Source of the DNA: Actinomycetota bacterium
GTDB taxonomy: Bacteria; Actinomycetota; Thermoleophilia; Gaiellales; Gaiellaceae
Assembly: GCA_003161615.1 (NCBI GenBank)
Contig: PMOB01000007.1
Location: forward strand, 33,828-97,827
Length of the DNA: 64,000 nucleotides
Direction: 5' to 3'
Positions 62,346 to 64,000 of this stretch are shown here, one piece after another. The position numbers and the translations under genes are program-made. The notes under the pieces were generated by a model. The model was given only the letters and a program-made list of their open reading frames with translations, did not search any database and was not told where the DNA came from. Positions within the stretch are counted from its first letter, which is position 1. Every line of letters begins with the position of its first letter.

Positions 62346-62452
62346 TCCTGCGGGTCAGGCCCCGCGCGATGGGAGTCTGCGAACCGCGTCAGATCCGGGA
62401 GGAAGCAGCGCTAAGTAGTCCCTCTCAGGCGTGCGGTGTGCCTGACCCTCTG
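62346..62452 (+). ncRNA. ffs: Signal recognition particle RNA (small/4.5S type); ends approximate
   Basis: GTCAGATCCGGGAGGAAGCAGC matches the conserved SRP domain-IV motif (GGUCAGGUCCGGAAGGAAGCAGC in E. coli). The closing helix GGGTCAGGC/GCCTGACCC is present. Its position just upstream of dnaX is the classic synteny. Confidence 0.7.
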
Positions 62453-62465
62453 CTTGAATCGTCTC

Positions 62466-64000
62466 GTGGCCGCTCTCTACCGGAAGTACCGCCCCCAGAA
62501 CTTCGCAGAGGTCGTCGGGCAGGAGGCGGTCGTCCGGACGCTGACGAACGCGATCACGACCGACGCGGTGCGCCAGGCGTACCTCTTCGCAGGCCCGCGC
62601 GGGACAGGCAAGACGTCGATGGCGCGCATCCTCGCCAAGTGCCTCAACTGCGCGCAGGGGACGACGACGACGCCGGACGGCACCTGCCACGCGTGCCAGG
62701 CGATCGCCGCCGGCAACTCTCTCGACGTCGTCGAGATGGACGCCGCCTCGCAGCGGGGCATCGACGACATCCGGGAGATCCGCGACCGCGTCGTCCTGCA
62801 GCCGGTCGAGGGGCGCTACAAGGTCTACATCCTCGACGAGGCGCACCAGCTGACCGACGCCGCCTGGAACGCGCTCCTGAAGCTGATCGAGGAGCCCCCG
62901 CCGCACCTCGTCTTCGTCTTCTGCACGACCGACCTCTCGAAGGTGCTGCCGACCGTCCGCTCGCGCTGCCAGACGTTCGTCTTCCAGCGGCCGCGCCTGC
63001 AGGATCTCGTCAAGAAGCTCCGCGTCATCGCCGACGCCGAGGGGATCGAGGTGACCGACCAGGCGCTCGCCCTCGTCGCGCGCGGCGCGCGCGGGGCGTA
63101 CCGCGACGCCGAGTCGGCGCTCGACCAGCTCGCCTCCTCCACCGGCAACAACGTCACGGTTCAGGCCGTGCTCGAGCTGCTGGGGACCGTCGAGGAGGAG
63201 GCGCTCTTCCGGCTCTGCAGCCTCGTCATCGACCGCGACACCGCCGGCGCGCTCACCTTTGTCGAGGAGCTTTCGGAGCGCGGCCACGATCTCGGCCGTC
63301 TCGTCCTCGACGTGATCGAGCACCTGCGCCAGCTGATGATCGTCCAGCACCTCGGCGAGGTTCCCGAGGCGCTGCCGGTGACGGAGGAGACGCGCGAGCG
63401 GCTCCTCGCGCAGGCGAACCAGATCGGCGAGGAGACCGTTCTGCGGCTGATCGACCTGCTTGCCGTCGCAGTCGACGACATGCGCCAGGGAGGCGACCCG
63501 CGCCTGCCGCTCGAGCTTGCGCTCGTCAAGGTGACGCGGCCGGCCGCGGATCTCTCCCGCGAGTCCGTCGCCTTCCGCTTGGAGCGGCTCGAGCAGGGTC
63601 AGGTCGTAGCGCCGGCGCAGCCCGTCGTCGTCCCGCAGACGCAGCCGGAAGCGCCCGGACCGACCGCGGCCGCCCCGCCGGCAGCTGAGCCGAGCGCGCC
63701 GAATCTCGAGCTCTCGCAGCTGCAGGAGGCGTGGTCGCGCACCGTCATGGCTGCCGTTGAGGAGCGCGGCGGCATCCCGACAGCCTCGCTCCTGCGCGAG
63801 GCGCATCCGTCCGGCCTCCACGGCGACACGCTGACGCTCGAGTTTCCGCCCACGGCGCAGTTCCACCTCGACCTCGCGCGCGACCCGAAGAACGCGACGC
63901 TCCTCGCGGACGCGCTCTACGACGTCACGGGGCGCCGCCTCGAGGTCTCGTTCGAGATCGGCGAAGAGCGGGAGGCAGCGCCCGCCGCGGCAGAGGAGCC
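62466..64000 (+). CDS. dnaX: DNA polymerase III subunit gamma/tau (3' end lies outside the window)
   Basis: GTG start; MAALYRKYRPQNFAEVVGQE, GPRGTGKTS, Zn module CLNC..C.AC, YILDEAH, SRC. The frame stays open to nt 64000, so it is absent from the ORF track. Confidence 0.9.
   Translation, partial: MAALYRKYRPQNFAEVVGQEAVVRTLTNAITTDAVRQAYLFAGPRGTGKTSMARILAKCLNCAQGTTTTPDGTCHACQAIAAGNSLDVVEMDAASQRGIDDIREIRDRVVLQPVEGRYKVYILDEAHQLTDAAWNALLKLIEEPPPHLVFVFCTTDLSKVLPTVRSRCQTFVFQRPRLQDLVKKLRVIADAEGIEVTDQALALVARGARGAYRDAESALDQLASSTGNNVTVQAVLELLGTVEEEALFRLCSLVIDRDTAGALTFVEELSERGHDLGRLVLDVIEHLRQLMIVQHLGEVPEALPVTEETRERLLAQANQIGEETVLRLIDLLAVAVDDMRQGGDPRLPLELALVKVTRPAADLSRESVAFRLERLEQGQVVAPAQPVVVPQTQPEAPGPTAAAPPAAEPSAPNLELSQLQEAWSRTVMAAVEERGGIPTASLLREAHPSGLHGDTLTLEFPPTAQFHLDLARDPKNATLLADALYDVTGRRLEVSFEIGEEREAAPAAAEE

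Noticed and set aside
62369-63688. The 439-aa ORF in the dnaX region (+2 frame), and 62355..63866(-).
   Set aside because: Both give junk composition. The true dnaX frame (from GTG 62466) has no stop before the window end, which is why it is missing from the ORF track.
1-64000. A search for CRISPR arrays, transposases, integrases, phage structural genes and classic defence genes (restriction-modification, toxin-antitoxin, Cas, abortive infection).
   Set aside because: No regularly spaced direct repeats were seen, and no translation resembled DDE/serine/tyrosine recombinases or defence-system hallmarks. The only repeats are those reported: the tRNA-Ser fragment, the 29-nt motif, the PAS 5' duplication, the htpX 3' ends and (TTG)6.

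Overview
This is a high-GC, densely coding chromosomal segment. Its gene content looks like Actinomycetota: NucS, an F420/Ddn-like reductase, PspA plus a PspA-associated protein, LigC-type ligase plus a stand-alone LigD polymerase domain, many GTG/TTG starts and 1-4 nt start/stop overlaps. No database search was possible, so all calls come from reading the translations and the DNA.

Ordinary content, in order:
- 1-7 kb: the end of a malic enzyme gene, a CBS protein, and a potABCD-like polyamine importer with a class-III aminotransferase and an Lrp regulator.
- 12.4-23.3 kb: rsgA, pckA, a polyphosphate module (ppk1, ppx/gppA, SixA-like phosphatase, CYTH-CHAD), a Ddn-like reductase and an AidB-like acyl-CoA dehydrogenase.
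- 23.3-37.9 kb: a frameshifted S15/CocE-type hydrolase, a PAS-EAL protein, nucS, pspA, two tandem htpX genes, cytochrome c and serS.
- 37.8-43.5 kb: a fabF-methyltransferase-GNAT operon and split NHEJ genes.
- 55.4-64 kb: ECF sigma/anti-sigma pairs, an MFS transporter, fumarylacetoacetase, SRP RNA and dnaX.
- RNA genes: tRNA-Ala, tRNA-Val, all four tRNA-Ser isoacceptors, SRP RNA, and one truncated tRNA-Ser copy.

Most interesting:
1. 8.3-12.2 kb: an operon of three tandem TasA/camelysin-like secreted proteins, an anchored beta-rich protein, a Sec11/SipW-type (Ser/His) signal peptidase and an Ig-like surface protein. It lies next to an Asp-less LuxR response regulator.
2. 43.8-45.4 kb: an XRE-HTH + TPR regulator divergent from a well-framed 28-codon signal-peptide-like mini-gene, with a perfect 12-bp palindrome between them. 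This is an RRNPP-like architecture. It sits beside a PAS hybrid kinase / REC-EAL pair.
3. 50.3-55.0 kb: a lower-GC islet bounded by tRNA-Ser(CGA) and a direct partial copy of its 3' half. It carries two ECF sigma modules and a roughly 29-nt motif repeated 4-7 times.
4. 27.7-28.6 kb: an unusually short RuBisCO-like protein.
5. 48.8-50.2 kb: a MEDS-TetR fusion.

No CRISPR array, integrase, transposase or Ku gene was seen.
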